A stretch of 40,450 nucleotides of DNA from a virus (taxonomy: Duplodnaviria; Heunggongvirae; Uroviricota; Caudoviricetes): the IMG/VR virus record IMGVR_UViG_2541047969_000017; one strand, given 5' to 3'. The position numbers were made by a program, and so were the translations under genes. How positions within the stretch are numbered: the first letter of the stretch is position 1; each line of letters begins with the position of its first letter. This document shows positions 1 to 10,240 of the stretch, piece by piece. The notes under the pieces were generated by a model, which saw nothing but the letters and a program-made list of their open reading frames with translations, was not told the origin of the DNA and ran no database searches.

Positions 1-585
1 CGCTTCGACAGACTCCATCAGGGAGCGTTTGCCGCTGAAGTCATTGTCTTCAAAATCAGCGGTCTGGTTTGCTTCAATCGTGATTTTACGGACTGCCGCA
101 GCTGCTTTTGTTGCCTGAATAGCGTCACCATTAGCATCAAAGCCCACAAGGTAGTCGGCCCAGTCTTCAATCCATTCTGCCAGTGACTTCTGGGAGTTAC
201 GCTCGCCGTTAACAGACAACAGAGCAGAGAACGGTGCTGTCTTTTTCAGTTTGAGAGTGGCGGTGTTATCTGCGTGACCAGGCTCATCAATAGTACCCAG
301 GTTAAGCACACTGACGGCACGCATATTATCGGCATCGATAAAGCAGCGGGTGCCTTCATCCGCAAGATCTTTAGAATAACGGGTAAAGTCATCGATGCTG
401 GCAGTGGAAAGCGCACCACGGAAACGGAAGCGATTTAAATTAAATTTTTCCAGATCATGAATGCGGAAATTCTCAGGTAATGCCACAGCATCGGCACCAA
501 TCTTACTGATAATTTCATTAACACCCTGAGCAGAAATAAGGGCATGGATTTGATTAATTGCGGTTGCGTCTAAGTTCTGAGACAT
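1..585 (-). CDS. Phage early-region protein, DUF2303/YfdQ-like; 3' end runs off the window
   Basis: Minus-strand frame open from ATG at 585-583 to the window edge (at least 195 codons); AGGAC Shine-Dalgarno about 7 nt upstream. N-terminus [22 protein letters not shown] resembles YfdQ-type lambdoid early proteins (recalled). Absent from the ORF track because no stop lies in the window. Confidence 0.55.
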   Translation of the reverse strand, partial: MSQNLDATAINQIHALISAQGVNEIISKIGADAVALPENFRIHDLEKFNLNRFRFRGALSTASIDDFTRYSKDLADEGTRCFIDADNMRAVSVLNLGTIDEPGHADNTATLKLKKTAPFSALLSVNGERNSQKSLAEWIEDWADYLVGFDANGDAIQATKAAAAVRKITIEANQTADFEDNDFSGKRSLMESVEA

Positions 586-650
586 AATAAGTCCTCACTA
601 TATAAAGATATTCAGTGATGAGATAAATAATCAGTTTATTAAAAACGATA

Positions 651-1013
651 TTAACGACCAGCTGCGCGGAGTTTTCCGTCAGGTTCACCGGCAAGAGTCA
701 GTAATTGTCCCTGGTCTTCCTGCAGAATAGTCAGGCGACCACCGCGATTGACATACATCGGCGTTTCGGTGGTGTCTTCTTCGGAAATTTTCCCGCGGTT
801 AGTCGGACGAACATATGAGAGTTTGTGTTTTATTTTCACACGGTTCTCATCAAACGGTTCGATTTCCAGGTTGAGCGAGACCTTACCTTTGGTTTTCGTG
901 TTCATCACACCGGAAGCGACTTCACTGAGAACTGCGCCGATTTTGGTTTCAAATACGCCGCCGTCCAGCTCCCCGATAAATTCCTGCACGTTGGTACTGC
1001 GTTCGCTAGCCAT
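651..1013 (-). CDS. Hypothetical phage early protein, 120 aa
   Basis: Track ORF 651..1304 trimmed to the internal ATG (residue 98, MASERSTNVQEF) preceded by GAGGAG; the upstream extension is Arg/Cys-rich and not protein-like. Size and position next to the YfdQ-like gene suggest a YfdP-like protein, but the family is not confirmed. Confidence 0.6.
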   Translation of the reverse strand: MASERSTNVQEFIGELDGGVFETKIGAVLSEVASGVMNTKTKGKVSLNLEIEPFDENRVKIKHKLSYVRPTNRGKISEEDTTETPMYVNRGGRLTILQEDQGQLLTLAGEPDGKLRAAGR

Positions 1014-1148
1014 TTTGCTGCTCCTCATCATATCGACCCTGCAAGGTCGGTTGGTTTCTCCACAAAACAGAGAAGAACACCTGCGGTGGCAGCCGCCCGG
1101 GTGGATTGGGTTATGAGCCCGTCGTCCGGTGATGCTCTTCTCTGTTTT

Positions 1149-1196
1149 GTAAAAAGAGCGGTACCAGCCGGAAGCAAGGGTACAAGCTGGTACCGC
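1149..1196 (-). terminator. Putative rho-independent terminator on the minus strand
   Basis: Perfect 11-bp inverted repeat gcggtaccagc / gctggtaccgc (1158-1168, 1186-1196) with a 17-nt loop; on the minus strand the stem is followed by UCUUUUUAC. Confidence 0.4.
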
Positions 1197-4100
1197 CAGG
1201 ACTGTGGCCGGTGTGATGTCCTGTTGCCATCTGCGTCTCGGGGTCTTTCCAGGGTCGCACGCGAGGTGAGTGGCCCTGCACAGAAGGTCGACTGTCAGCC
1301 TCAACCTTTATCTTTCGCCGCTGAGCCTGCTCCACCACCACGCCAAGGATTCTATTTAGTCGATTATAGCTACCCGCTATGTGGCTGTTCCTAAAATGAC
1401 CTCATCGTTGCGCCCTGGTCTCTCCCCAACCGTCAGAACTCGGCGCCACTGGATGAATCCGTTCTATGAGCAGCATCTTAGATTTGAGCATTCTGTCTAA
1501 ATGGTTTGATTGCGTCGGTAACACGTAGATTATCGACAGTATCGAACGCATCCGACTATCTAAACCTGCCCCACACTCCTCGTTACGATCGAATTTTGAC
1601 TTTTTCTAGTTCGTTCTTCTAGATGGAACGATAAACAACTACTGCGAAGGACGCTTGTGTGTTAGTTCAGATATATGAAGTTTAATGGGTAAAGAAAAGG
1701 TACTCTGTGGCCGCTATGAGACGAGTAAATAAAGGCAAATAGTATGGTTCACAGCTTCTTGACTAGTTGATTAAGTCTTTTCCCGAGGAAATTAAAGCTT
1801 GGTCATTATTGATTGTGAATCCGTCTACATGCTTACTCGTTGTATATGCAGGAGGCAGTAGAGCTGGCACTATCATTTGCTGACGTTAGATTGGTCTTCT
1901 ATAATTAAAATCACACAAATTCTGGGCGTCTCGATTACAATTAGTGATCCCAACACCACCGCAGATGCCAGCTCCTGACTCCATATTTGAGCACTTACTG
2001 TTCCAGATAGCTAAGATGCGATGCATCCTATAGGCTGGCTTTTCGCTAATAACGGATAAAGCAGGACTTCATATGTATTAGACGGCAAGATTGACGGCGT
2101 TCTGACCACTGGTTTGTTCAATGCCATACATCGCACTTGCACTGAGATCATGGTTAACAATACGGAAACCAGCCTTCACAGGTGCATCAACATCGCTAAG
2201 GCTGTGATTATATACAGTCTTGCTTTTCCTGTGTAAAGCACAGAAACAAGCATAATGCACTTCCAAGTTATTTGCATGATTACTCCAGGCCTGTTTGGGT
2301 AATTGGCTCTGAGTTCATGCTGCCTGCCATGTTCTATTAACCGCTTCAACTTGTATTCCTTTGTATAGAGCAGCAATTCTCAAATTTCGCCACTGGGGCA
2401 GTCGGGTAATTCAGGATCCTAAAATAATATGTTTATCAGATGTTTCTAATGCATGTTTAACTCACCTACCAGCCGCAAGATTTAAGGTGATATAATATAC
2501 GGTTCAGGCAATAGATACAGTTCATATGCAATCACATTTACGTAAGATGATCCAACTGCTTTGCATGCCTCTGCATGATCCTGTGGCATGCCTTCAACTA
2601 ATGCGATTGGTTCAGAAGCGAATGAAAAAACAGGAATAAATGCCATGTTCGGAGTCTGGAGTTCTTCAGGCCAACTTCTTTCAGGGAGGAAGAAGCATTA
2701 TGCGATGTGTTTATCCAGCCCGTTACCGATCTAGCTAGAACCACCATCTGTCAAAAACCCGCGGGCCGGGGTTAAGCCGTGAGTAATCATCGTTGGAAAG
2801 TGAGAAATCACGCCAAGTGGTACGCGAAATCTTTCAGCATTAGAACGGCGGAGTTCATGGATTGTTATCCTGAAGATACTAAATGGCTTGATCCGACAAA
2901 GTACGCTTTACTTAACCGTCTACGTCCAGATGGCGATAAGATCTCCCGGGGTAGACGGGCTATGATATCGCAGCGGGCTTCTGTAACTAAAGAAAAGGAG
3001 GACGCGTTCGCCGGGACAGCTGGCGGAACGCCTGTATCGTTACCTCTAATTTAGAAAGGCGAGAACACAGACAGATTTCTGCTGGTGATAAAACTCGACC
3101 AATACATGTCGAGTTCATTTAAGAAATCTCATTCGACAACCGATGTCGATGTAGAAGATCCGCACGACAAGTTCGATTTTTATGCACAATAGGATGTGTC
3201 TAATTGTGGGTTACAGGCACTTGAAGAAAGGAACACAAAAATATTGTTCGGTGAAGAAAGTCGTAACACCGGCCAGGGCGTAGCCCGGTGCTTACGCTCA
3301 ATTTGCGTCCGGGCTGAATCTAACGCAAAAACCGTTAATCGGCAGATATCGGTTTGACGGAGCAGCTAGTGTTCAGTGGCGATGCACAATTGTTTTAAAG
3401 GGATGAAGTGACATTCCCTTCATACCTGACGGTATGTAACAATATACAAATTTCGCCGATGTGTGTCTGCGTGTCGTCCAGGATCTTGACAACGGGTATC
3501 GTGACCGAAGAGTACTGTATGTCCATGAAAATATTGGGAGTCAATAAAAACAGATTCTTACCGAAATTGAAGACGGTGAACTGGAACAGTACTTTAGTCC
3601 ATTGATGAAAGTTAAGCTGTATCTCGTAGTGTGGGAGCTACAGCCGCCAGAAGGATTCTTCCACTCCATCACTTTAGTTTCATAAAGCACTGACTCAAGC
3701 GAGTGCCGAGCTCCGGGCCCCGGAATTCGCCATAACTCTCAAGAGCCCTATGGCTGTTTTGTTGAGCCATAAACAGCAGTACGCCCAAATTATGGGCGCG
3801 TGCGCAAGCCCAAGGACAATTGAACCGGGTGCTTTGCTAAGCAGTAATTGTACCCGTGTACGGCTAAATAGCAATCCGGACGTGGGCAGAGTTGGCGGTG
3901 GGTTATTTCAACTGACCGAAGAAGATAGCCTCATGCGTCCGGTTACACGCCGCTTCAAACCTCAAAACGCCATCCCTGATAGACTGGTTCGTAGGTAATC
4001 GGAAGCACTACGCATTATCTTCTTCAGAGATGGCGACGATGAACAGTACTACAGTCGCACGCATCAATGTTCTCCATAATTCACGGACAGCAAGGTCGGT

Positions 4101-5232
4101 GAGAATGATTAAATTGATCGCACAGGTCTCGAACTGCCTCGCTACCAAAGGCACGGAGTTGGCCATCCGTTCCATGATAGGGCGTCTACCTGATATCAGT
4201 CAGGCCAATGGTATGTGGCAGACATCAATGGAATCAACCACCTGGAAAATCGGCTCGGAGATGAGTACCTTCCGAACGACGATGGCCCTAACGGCAGCAG
4301 ACGGTGTTTCAACACGTCATGAGCTCCTCCGGTGTGACCGCAGTGCGTTGATTCTTTATCGGCATAAGCTTGATCAGCTCTAGCCATTAGCTTTTACGAC
4401 TCTATCAGATTCGGTCCCGCGCAAATCTGCCTCATAAAAATGTGCCCGGTCAATTTTTAAGGCAGGGAGAGCAGATGAAACGGAAGGTTTTCAACCGTTT
4501 GAACATTCAGGGTATCCGTCGTTAAAGTCCGAGCATGATGCACAACATAACAACAGTGCACGTCCTACCGGTTCGCAACGGGACCCGTAGACGTCAGAAG
4601 ATGAGTTTTGAACCCGCGAGCCTGAAGTTGTGGTTCAGTATGCCAAATATCGCCAGTGGGTAAGGAAAGAACATGAAGCCTGCGGAAAGTGCAGCATGAA
4701 TAAGGTGCTGGCCCTGTAAGAGATGAATATCCAATTGGGCAGTCCAGTGGGTAATCCGGATCTACTCAAGTGGACTGCTAATGCCAACGATATGCGTCAG
4801 TGCTGGCTGCGCGACGGGCATATTCATAACCAATGCTACGAGATCAAACGCTCTGTGATGAATCATCTGGTGTGCTTTTGTAAGTCCCTGCGCCCATAGA
4901 AGCTCACGGAGAAAGGGGATGAACGTTACCCACGCTATACCCATTTCCTAAGTACGTACGGTGCAGAACATGCGGTCCGGGACATTACAAACAGTTAACT
5001 CTCCGTGGCCGCAAACCAAATCGCGAGTGCATGAAGGGGACCATGGTGTAGCGCTGAAAAGTCACCCAGAACTTCATTCACTTCCGAACCAGGTGTAGTT
5101 CCGGTGAATTAGCGAATGGTTGTTGGGGTTTCTCCCGACAGGGCGTTCCGAGTTCAGCAAAACAGATACGTCAACTCTGCCGAGTTTCACCAGGCTGTGC
5201 AGGAGTAACACGAACACGCTGCTGGCACTTGA

Positions 5233-5514
5233 AAATCTGCAGCCTTCAAAGCCTGGAAAGCCCGTTTGAATGAGGGGGTAAACCCCGAAACCATGCTGGA
5301 AGGTGTGAAACGCTACGCGGGCTGGGTATCTGCGATGGGTAACAGCGGCACACAATTTGTGAAACAGGCTGTCACGTTCTTTGGTCCGGATCGTCATTTC
5401 GAAGAATCCTGGGAAGTTCCTGCAGTATCTGCAGCCAGACGCGAGGACCCGTACTTCAAAGCCAGTTACGACAACGTGGACTACAGCCAGATCCCGGCAG
5501 GATTCAGGGGGTGA
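5233..5514 (+). pseudogene. 3' remnant of a gene with no start codon or RBS (possibly a replication-module protein)
   Basis: Frame opens right after an in-frame TGA at 5230-5232 and reads protein-like sequence (KSAAFKAWKARLNEGVNPETMLEGVKRYAGWVSAMG...) to the stop at 5512-5514. No ATG or RBS; the track's start is a TTG. Its stop is 2 nt before the next gene's ATG, as in an operon. Confidence 0.4.
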
Positions 5515-5516
5515 TT

Positions 5517-6005
5517 ATGAGTCTTTTGAATGAAGTTCAGAAATTCATTGAAGCCCATCCGGGGTGTACTTCTGGAGACATTGCGGATGCTTTTGCTGGT
5601 TACTCACGGCAGCGCGTTCTGCAGTCAGCAAGCAAGTTACGTCAGAGTGGGCGTGTGGCTCACCGTTGTGAAGGAGATACACGCAGACATTTCCCGCGCC
5701 TGACTGAGAGAGCGCAGGAGCCGGAACCACAATCTGTTCGTGAAACCAGACCTGTGCGCAATTTCTATGTCGGCACTAACGACCCCCGGGTGATTTTGTG
5801 CCTGACCCGCCTGGCTGAAGAACTGGAGTCCAGGGGCTTATTCCGTCGAGCTGCAACGGTGTGGATGGAGGCATTCCGTGAAAGCCACTCCCAGCCAGAA
5901 CGAAACAATTTTCTGGCGCATCGTGAGCGGTGCTTACGGAAAAGCAGCAAGCGCGCTGCATCGGGTGAAGAGTGGTATCTGTCAGGGAATTACGTGGGGG
6001 CTTAA
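5517..6005 (+). CDS. Putative regulator with N-terminal wHTH-like region and C-terminal PerC-like motif
   Basis: ATG at residue 3 of track ORF 5511..6005, GGGGG Shine-Dalgarno 6 nt upstream. C-terminal LESRGLFRRAATVW matches the PerC/Pch LExKGLWRRAA signature as recalled. Confidence 0.5.
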   Translation: MSLLNEVQKFIEAHPGCTSGDIADAFAGYSRQRVLQSASKLRQSGRVAHRCEGDTRRHFPRLTERAQEPEPQSVRETRPVRNFYVGTNDPRVILCLTRLAEELESRGLFRRAATVWMEAFRESHSQPERNNFLAHRERCLRKSSKRAASGEEWYLSGNYVGA

Positions 6006-6658
6006 TGAGTAATAAATATTGCCAGGCGCTGGTGGAGCTGCGGAACAAACCAGCCCATGAACTGAAGGAAGTGGGCGATCAGTGGCGCACGCCGGACAAC
6101 ATTTTCTGGGGAATTAACACCCTGTTTGGCCCGTTTGTTCTGGATCTGTTTACTGATGGTGATAACGCCAAATGTGCCGCTTATTACACTGCGGAAGACA
6201 ACGCGCTGGCGCATGACTGGTCAGAACGTCTTGCGGAGCTTAAAGGTGCTGCCTTTGGTAATCCCCCATACAGCCGCGCGAGTCAGCATGAGGGGCAATA
6301 CATCACCGGCATGCGTTACATCATGAAGCATGCCAGTGCTATGCGTGATAAAGGCGGGCGCTATGTTTTCCTGATCAAAGCTGCCACCAGCGAAGTGTGG
6401 TGGCCGGAAGATGCAGATCATATTGCTTTTATTCGCGGGCGTATTGGTTTTGAACTGCCTGCCTGGTTTATCCCGAAGGACGAGAAGCAGGTGCCGACAG
6501 GCGCTTTCTTCGCTGGTGCTATTGCTGTTTTCGACAAGACCTGGAAGGGACCGGCAATCAGCTACATCGGGCGCGATGAACTTGAGGCATGTGGTGAGGC
6601 CTTTCTGGCGCAGGTTCGCCAGCAGGCGGAAAAACTGCTCAGGGAGATGGCGGCATGA
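6005..6658 (+). CDS. Phage Dam-type DNA N6-adenine methyltransferase
   Basis: ATG at residue 12 of track ORF 5972..6658, overlapping the upstream stop (TAATG). Motifs WRTPDNIF, DLFTDGDNA and GNPPY are typical of phage Dam methylases. Confidence 0.85.
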   Translation: MSNKYCQALVELRNKPAHELKEVGDQWRTPDNIFWGINTLFGPFVLDLFTDGDNAKCAAYYTAEDNALAHDWSERLAELKGAAFGNPPYSRASQHEGQYITGMRYIMKHASAMRDKGGRYVFLIKAATSEVWWPEDADHIAFIRGRIGFELPAWFIPKDEKQVPTGAFFAGAIAVFDKTWKGPAISYIGRDELEACGEAFLAQVRQQAEKLLREMAA

Positions 6659-6981
6659 CGACATTAACTCAATGCCAGCAGCAGGTGCTGGATATGCTGA
6701 TTTCTTACCAGAAAGAACGTGGCTTCCCGCCAACCAATCAGGAGGTGGCAACCATGCTGGGATACCGTTCAGTGAATGCAGCGGTGGAGCATCTTCGCGC
6801 ACTGGAGAAAAAAGGCGTCATCACGATAAAGCGTGGCGTGGCCCGGGGTATCACTCTTCATACCGCGGTGAAGGACGACGACAGCGAGGCGGTCGGGATT
6901 ATCCGCTCACTGCTTGCCGGTGAGGAAAACGCAAGGCTGCGTGCAACCCACTGGTTACATGAGAGAGGCCTGAAAGTATGA
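6655..6981 (+). CDS. LexA N-terminal-domain-like DNA-binding protein
   Basis: Start overlaps the upstream stop (ATGA). Sequence QQQVLDMLISYQKERGFPPTNQEVATMLGYRSVNAAVEHLRALEKKGVI aligns with the LexA winged-helix domain; no peptidase domain follows. Confidence 0.75.
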   Translation: MTTLTQCQQQVLDMLISYQKERGFPPTNQEVATMLGYRSVNAAVEHLRALEKKGVITIKRGVARGITLHTAVKDDDSEAVGIIRSLLAGEENARLRATHWLHERGLKV

Positions 6982-7367
6982 AGCTGATTCTGCCGTTTCC
7001 GCCCAGCGTGAACACGTACTGGCGACACCCCAACAAAGGGGCGTTTGCAGGTAAGAGCCTGATAAGCGCGGCGGGGCGCAAATTCCAGAGCGCGGCGTGT
7101 GCAGCAATAGTTGAGCAGTTACGTCGTCTGCCAAAACCAACGTCGGCACCTGCTTCAGTGGAGATCGTGTTGTTTCCTCCGGATAACCGGATCCGCGATC
7201 TGGACAACTATAACAAGGCGCTGTTTGACGCCCTGACCCACGCGGGTGTGTGGGAGGACGACAGTCAGGTGAAAAGAATGCTGGTTGAGTGGGGACCGGT
7301 TATCCCGAAAGGGAAGGTCGAGATCACTATCAGTAAGTATGAGAAACCGGCGGGTGCAGCCGCCTGA
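6978..7367 (+). CDS. rusA: Holliday junction resolvase RusA
   Basis: N-terminus MKLILPFPPSVNTYW is the RusA signature; 129 aa; start overlaps the upstream stop. Confidence 0.9.
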   Translation: MKLILPFPPSVNTYWRHPNKGAFAGKSLISAAGRKFQSAACAAIVEQLRRLPKPTSAPASVEIVLFPPDNRIRDLDNYNKALFDALTHAGVWEDDSQVKRMLVEWGPVIPKGKVEITISKYEKPAGAAA

Positions 7368-7386
7368 TTAAGAGGAGAAACGAAGT

Positions 7387-8184
7387 ATGAATAATCTGAT
7401 GGTCATTGATGGTATTGAAGTTCGTCGTGATGCTTATGGTCGTTACAGCCTGAACGATCTTCACAGGGCTGCCGGTTCTCTGGATAAGCATAAGCCTGCA
7501 TTCTGGCTCCGCAATGAGCAAACTGAACATTTAATAAGCGAGTTGCAGATTTGCAACTCGGTCAATATAGAGCCAGTTAACGTTATTCGTGGCGGAAATA
7601 ACCAGGGGACGTATGTCTGCAAAGAACTGGTGTATGCCTATGCAATGTGGATAAGCCCGTCATTCCATCTTAAGGTGATCCGTACTTTCGATATGGTAAC
7701 CAGCGTACCGGAAAAATTATCCGGGCAGGCTGCTGACAAGATGCAGGCTGGTGTGATTCTGCTGGACTTTATGCGCCGGGAATTAAATCTGTCTAACTCT
7801 TCAGTGCTTGGTGCCTGTCAGAAACTCCAGGAGGCTGTTGGCTTACCGAATCTGGCACCGCGCTATGCCATTGATGCTCCTGCTGACGCGCCTGATGGCT
7901 CAAGTCGCCCGACGCTGTCACTGAGTGCACTGCTGAAACAGTATGGTATCCGCCTTACGGCTAATCAGGCATATCACCAGATGGCGAAGCTGGGGATCGT
8001 CGAACAGCGCGAACGATACAGCCGTACAGCGATTAACAACATCAAAAAATTCTGGTCGCTGACGGCGAAAGGCTGCATGTTCGGCAAGAACATCACCAGT
8101 CCTGCAAATCCGCGCGAGACGCAGCCGCATTTCTTCGAATCCCGATTCCCTGAGCTGTTAAAGCTGCTCGATACCGTTCATTGA
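7387..8184 (+). CDS. KilA-N domain protein (antirepressor-like)
   Basis: Track ORF with AAGAGGAGAAA Shine-Dalgarno upstream; N-terminal IDGIEVRRDAYGRYSLNDLHRAAG...KPAFWLR is KilA-N-like. Confidence 0.75.
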   Translation: MNNLMVIDGIEVRRDAYGRYSLNDLHRAAGSLDKHKPAFWLRNEQTEHLISELQICNSVNIEPVNVIRGGNNQGTYVCKELVYAYAMWISPSFHLKVIRTFDMVTSVPEKLSGQAADKMQAGVILLDFMRRELNLSNSSVLGACQKLQEAVGLPNLAPRYAIDAPADAPDGSSRPTLSLSALLKQYGIRLTANQAYHQMAKLGIVEQRERYSRTAINNIKKFWSLTAKGCMFGKNITSPANPRETQPHFFESRFPELLKLLDTVH

Positions 8185-8185
8185 G

Positions 8186-9181
8186 GTGACCGTGAGAGCA
8201 CTACTGACCCCTGAAATTGCCCCGCGTATGGGGATCGTATTGTTCAGACCCGGTTCAGAGCTGATGCCCCTGTTTATGCAGGGGCGTGTCCTGCTGGAGC
8301 CTGAGCCGGAACGTTATTCATCTTTCGCCAGTGGTGCCGTTCCGGCGGCATCACAACCGCTGGCGGATGATCCTGCCGTTCGGGCCGTGTTCCGCAATGA
8401 GGCAGTTATTCGTCGTGCGGGTGGCGTGGAATGTCTTGAAAGCTGGTTACTTCGTGAAAAGGGCTGTCAGTGGCCTCATTCCGACTGGCACAGCGAGAAC
8501 ATGACCACAATGCGACACGCTCCGGGCGCAATCCGTCTGTGCTGGCACTGCGATAACCAGCTGCGCGATCAGTTCACGGAACGGCTGGAATCAATGGCAA
8601 CGGATAACTGTGCCCGCTGGGTGTTGTCTGTTGTGCGTCGGGATCTCGGTTTTGATGACAGTCACGTTGTGACAATGCCGGAACTGTGCTGGTGGCTGAT
8701 TCGTAATGACCTGGCGGATGCCTTACCGGAAAGTGCAGCCCGTAAGGCACTGAGATTACCAAAGCCTGTTGTGCCGTCTGTCACCCGGGAAAGTGACCTT
8801 GTGCCTTCGGTTCCTGCCACCAGCATCATCCAGGATAAAGCGAAAAAGGTGCTGGCGCTGAAAGTGGATCCGGAGTCGCCGGAGTCTTATATGTTACGCC
8901 CAAAACGTCGCCGCTGGGTTAATGAAAAGTACACGCGCTGGGTTAAGACACAGCCGTGTGCATGTTGTGGAAAGCCCGCTGATGATCCCCACCACCTGAT
9001 AGGTCACGGTCAGGGTGGAATGGGAACAAAAGCGCATGACCTTTTTGTGTTGCCTTTGTGCAGAAAGCATCACGACGAGCTGCATGCGGATACCGTGGCA
9101 TTTGAAGAGAAGTATGGCTCCCAGCTGGAGCTGATATTTCGTTTTATCGATCGTGCGCTGGCAATTGGCGTGCTGGCCTGA
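8186..9181 (+). CDS. DUF968-family protein with C-terminal Cys/His (HNH-like) motif
   Basis: Track ORF (GTG start; the true start may be a few codons downstream). C-terminal [21 protein letters not shown]...CRKHHDELH matches DUF968 proteins found upstream of Q in lambdoid prophages (recalled, YdfU-like). Confidence 0.7.
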   Translation: MTVRALLTPEIAPRMGIVLFRPGSELMPLFMQGRVLLEPEPERYSSFASGAVPAASQPLADDPAVRAVFRNEAVIRRAGGVECLESWLLREKGCQWPHSDWHSENMTTMRHAPGAIRLCWHCDNQLRDQFTERLESMATDNCARWVLSVVRRDLGFDDSHVVTMPELCWWLIRNDLADALPESAARKALRLPKPVVPSVTRESDLVPSVPATSIIQDKAKKVLALKVDPESPESYMLRPKRRRWVNEKYTRWVKTQPCACCGKPADDPHHLIGHGQGGMGTKAHDLFVLPLCRKHHDELHADTVAFEEKYGSQLELIFRFIDRALAIGVLA

Positions 9182-9198
9182 TTTTGTGGAGAAAGTTG

Positions 9199-9564
9199 AT
9201 GCGTGATATTCAAATGGTTCTTGAACATTGGGGGGCATGGGTGGCAAATAATCACGAGGATGTCACCTGGTCGTCTATTGCTGCAGGATTTAAAGGACTA
9301 ATCCCTTCAAAAGTAAAATCCCGCCCGCAATGTTGTGACGATGATGCGATGATCATTTGTGGGTGCATGGCTCGCTTGAAAAAGAACAACAGCGATTTGC
9401 ACGATTTATTAGTGGGTTATTATGTAGGTGGTATGACGTTTATGGCGCTTGCCCGTAAACATGGGCGTTCTGATTGCTGGGTTGGGCGTTTATTGCAAAA
9501 GGCTGAAGGTGTAGTTGATGGCATGTTAATGATGTTAGAAATTGAGCTAGAGATGGATCGTTAG
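9199..9564 (+). CDS. Late-gene antiterminator Q (phage 21 / QuuD-like)
   Basis: ATG at residue 6 of track ORF 9184..9564, GGAGAAAG Shine-Dalgarno upstream. [34 protein letters not shown]...[18 protein letters not shown] closely resembles E. coli QuuD as recalled. Confidence 0.8.
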   Translation: MRDIQMVLEHWGAWVANNHEDVTWSSIAAGFKGLIPSKVKSRPQCCDDDAMIICGCMARLKKNNSDLHDLLVGYYVGGMTFMALARKHGRSDCWVGRLLQKAEGVVDGMLMMLEIELEMDR

Positions 9565-9603
9565 AAGACCTCTTATTGAGGGGGTAATTGAATCAGTTTA
9601 ATG

Positions 9604-9637
9604 TGTGGGGAGTCGATTTATTCTCCCCATTTTATTT
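9604..9637 (+). terminator. Rho-independent terminator downstream of Q
   Basis: Stem tggggag / ctcccca (9606-9612, 9623-9629) with a 10-nt loop, followed by TTTTATTT. Confidence 0.5.
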
Positions 9638-9648
9638 AATTAATTTAC

Positions 9649-10095
9649 TTAAGGTTTTAATTCATCAAGACGTTGTTGGATAGTGTTTTTGCTTGCGTTG
9701 TCTGTTATAGCCATTTGTTGTACTTGCCCCATTGCCATTTGAGTTTCCATCCACATATCGGCCCACACTTTTGTATCGTTATTAACTTGAGCGATAGTAA
9801 ATCTGACTTTTGATACCGGGGTTGTTGAATAGGCATTGCCGATTAACATTTGTCCAAAAACGGCAGAGCCGCCTTCCAGTTCTTTACCACATATAACACT
9901 GCTGTTATCCGCGTTGTAAATTATCAACCCTCTACTATTGCAGTAATTCACAAGGGCATCTTTGACTTTATCTTTTGTCGTATTTTGATAAACCCCCTCA
10001 GGTTTTCCTGATTGAGTTTTCTTTATCAATGGTACGGAAGAAGTACAACCTGAAATGATAGTTGCGCTAAGTAATAGTACAGTTATTTTATTCAT
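9649..10095 (-). CDS. Putative lipoprotein (moron between Q and the late operon)
   Basis: Minus-strand track ORF, 148 aa; signal peptide with lipobox (MNKITVLLLSATIISGC); lower GC than neighbours; antisense to the flanking phage genes. Confidence 0.65.
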   Translation of the reverse strand: MNKITVLLLSATIISGCTSSVPLIKKTQSGKPEGVYQNTTKDKVKDALVNYCNSRGLIIYNADNSSVICGKELEGGSAVFGQMLIGNAYSTTPVSKVRFTIAQVNNDTKVWADMWMETQMAMGQVQQMAITDNASKNTIQQRLDELKP

Positions 10096-10215
10096 GTTTC
10101 TTATCCATTGTTAAGGGCATACCCACACAATTATTTTTATTGGAGATGAATAATCAACCGTTTACAATCGTAAAAAATCAAATATGCTGTTAAGAGTGGT
10201 TACTTCGCCACACAA

Positions 10216-10240
10216 CTTAAACCCGCCGCTGAGCGGTTTT
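10216..10240 (+). terminator. Putative terminator (candidate tR') upstream of the late genes
   Basis: Short GC hairpin in cccgccgctgagcgg followed by a run of seven T. Confidence 0.35.

Noticed and set aside
1063-1149. Retron-like non-coding RNA suggested by the 13-bp flanking inverted repeats
   Set aside because: No reverse transcriptase ORF is nearby and the enclosed segment of about 60 nt is too short for a typical msr-msd.
651-1304. The full 217-aa track ORF on the minus strand
   Set aside because: The N-terminal 97 residues are Arg/Cys/Pro-rich and not protein-like and overlap the GC-rich inverted-repeat region; an internal ATG with a GAGGAG Shine-Dalgarno gives a plausible 120-aa protein instead.
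1400-5232. Alternative genetic code or stop-codon recoding as an explanation for the lack of ORFs
   Set aside because: In the frame I translated by hand across 3055-4383, TAG, TGA and TAA all interrupt it at short intervals, so no single reassigned stop would open a long frame; the other five frames were not checked exhaustively.
2078-5397. Track ORFs of 60-117 aa inside the ORF-free stretch (for example 2779..3054, 3750..3998, 4030..4383, 5074..5397)
   Set aside because: None has a convincing RBS; their compositions are odd (Ser/Thr/Arg-rich), several start at GTG or TTG, and their number and length are what chance predicts for about 3.8 kb of unconstrained sequence.
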